This document shows, piece after piece, positions 63,764 through 64,000 of a DNA stretch of 64,000 nt; the first letter of the stretch is position 1; every line of letters starts with the position of its first letter. Origin of the DNA: Candidatus Woykebacteria bacterium (GTDB lineage: Bacteria > Patescibacteriota > Microgenomatia > Woykebacterales > RBG-16-39-9b); contig JBBDPN010000002.1 in assembly GCA_040876265.1 (NCBI GenBank), positions 3,954 to 67,953 on the forward strand. Direction: 5' to 3'. The notes beneath the pieces were generated by a model. The model was not told the DNA's origin. It was given only the letters and a program-made list of their open reading frames with translations, and searched no databases. A program made the translations under genes and the position numbers.

Positions 63764-63838
63764 TTCTCCTCAATCCTCCTTCCCAAAAGTGGAAAGATAT
63801 TACATTACAATTGGGCAAATTACAAGATGATACAGAAG

Positions 63839-64000
63839 TTATTTAGAGGCGGCTTCGACGAGGTTCATCATGAGTCCGGCCACTATCATCGGGCCTACCC
63901 CACCGGGAACAGGACTGATAGCAGCGGCTACATTTTTAACATTTTCGTAGTCAACATCACCAACTAATTTTTTTGTATTTGGCACTCTATTTGTACCGAC
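63839..64000 (-). CDS. folD: Methylenetetrahydrofolate dehydrogenase/cyclohydrolase FolD, 3' end only (5' end outside window)
   Basis: Reverse-strand translation ...[53 protein letters not shown] matches the FolD C-terminal [10 protein letters not shown] block. Confidence 0.7.
   Translation of the reverse strand, partial: VGTNRVPNTKKLVGDVDYENVKNVAAAISPVPGGVGPMIVAGLMMNLVEAASK

Overview
This 64-kb window reads as the chromosome of a small-genome, probably monoderm bacterium: it has an LPXTG protein, LysM/M23, WxL-like surface proteins, and essentially one gene per function. It may be a Patescibacteria/CPR-like lineage, but that cannot be confirmed without a search. Background GC is low to mid 40s percent, punctuated by sharply GC-richer islands of roughly 55-62%. 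Every coordinate, repeat match and motif below was found by eye on the sequence; nothing was computed or searched.

The centre is one complete rRNA operon on the minus strand: 16S (34997-36490), tRNA-Ile(GAU), tRNA-Ala(UGC), 23S (29778-32660), 5S (29423-29532). Its 16S-23S spacer is about 2.3 kb instead of the usual few hundred bases and carries protein-coding ORFs, including a MazG-like NTP pyrophosphohydrolase. The operon is also peppered with a 17-nt palindromic hairpin family (CCCCGATTAAATCGGGG and variants, 7 copies, inside 23S and 16S and at the operon flanks). It carries a duplicated hairpin plus box element (TAGTGGTCGCRG...) in both the 16S leader and the spacer.

Housekeeping genes are obg, rho, radA plus a yacL-like PIN/TRAM gene, clpC, clpB, rpsA, mnmA, acyP, gpsA, serA-like, lysA plus a dapL-like aminotransferase, an ATP-dependent DNA ligase, an EndoQ-like nuclease, Fic, tpx, and a partial folD. 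Two tRNA-Ala genes (GGC, CGC) lie in tandem on the plus strand.

Accessory content:
- Two REP-associated tyrosine transposase (RAYT, IS200-like) genes, each bracketed by its own palindromic REP. Each sits immediately downstream of one of two paralogous giant surface-protein genes.
- A truncated tyrosine-integrase N-terminal domain ORF overlapping the second giant gene at a C9 tract.
- A four-gene secreted-protein operon resembling WxL/Csc cell-surface clusters.
- A four-helix-bundle gene of the 23S-IVS/DGR-Avd family, flanked by short repeats, 2 kb from the rRNA operon.
- A repeat of about 190 nt present twice, plus a partial third copy.
- A 1.1-kb ORF-free region with a duplicated 30-nt core motif.
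- Several GC-rich islands carrying secreted or small-protein genes.

No CRISPR array, reverse transcriptase or restriction-modification genes were seen.
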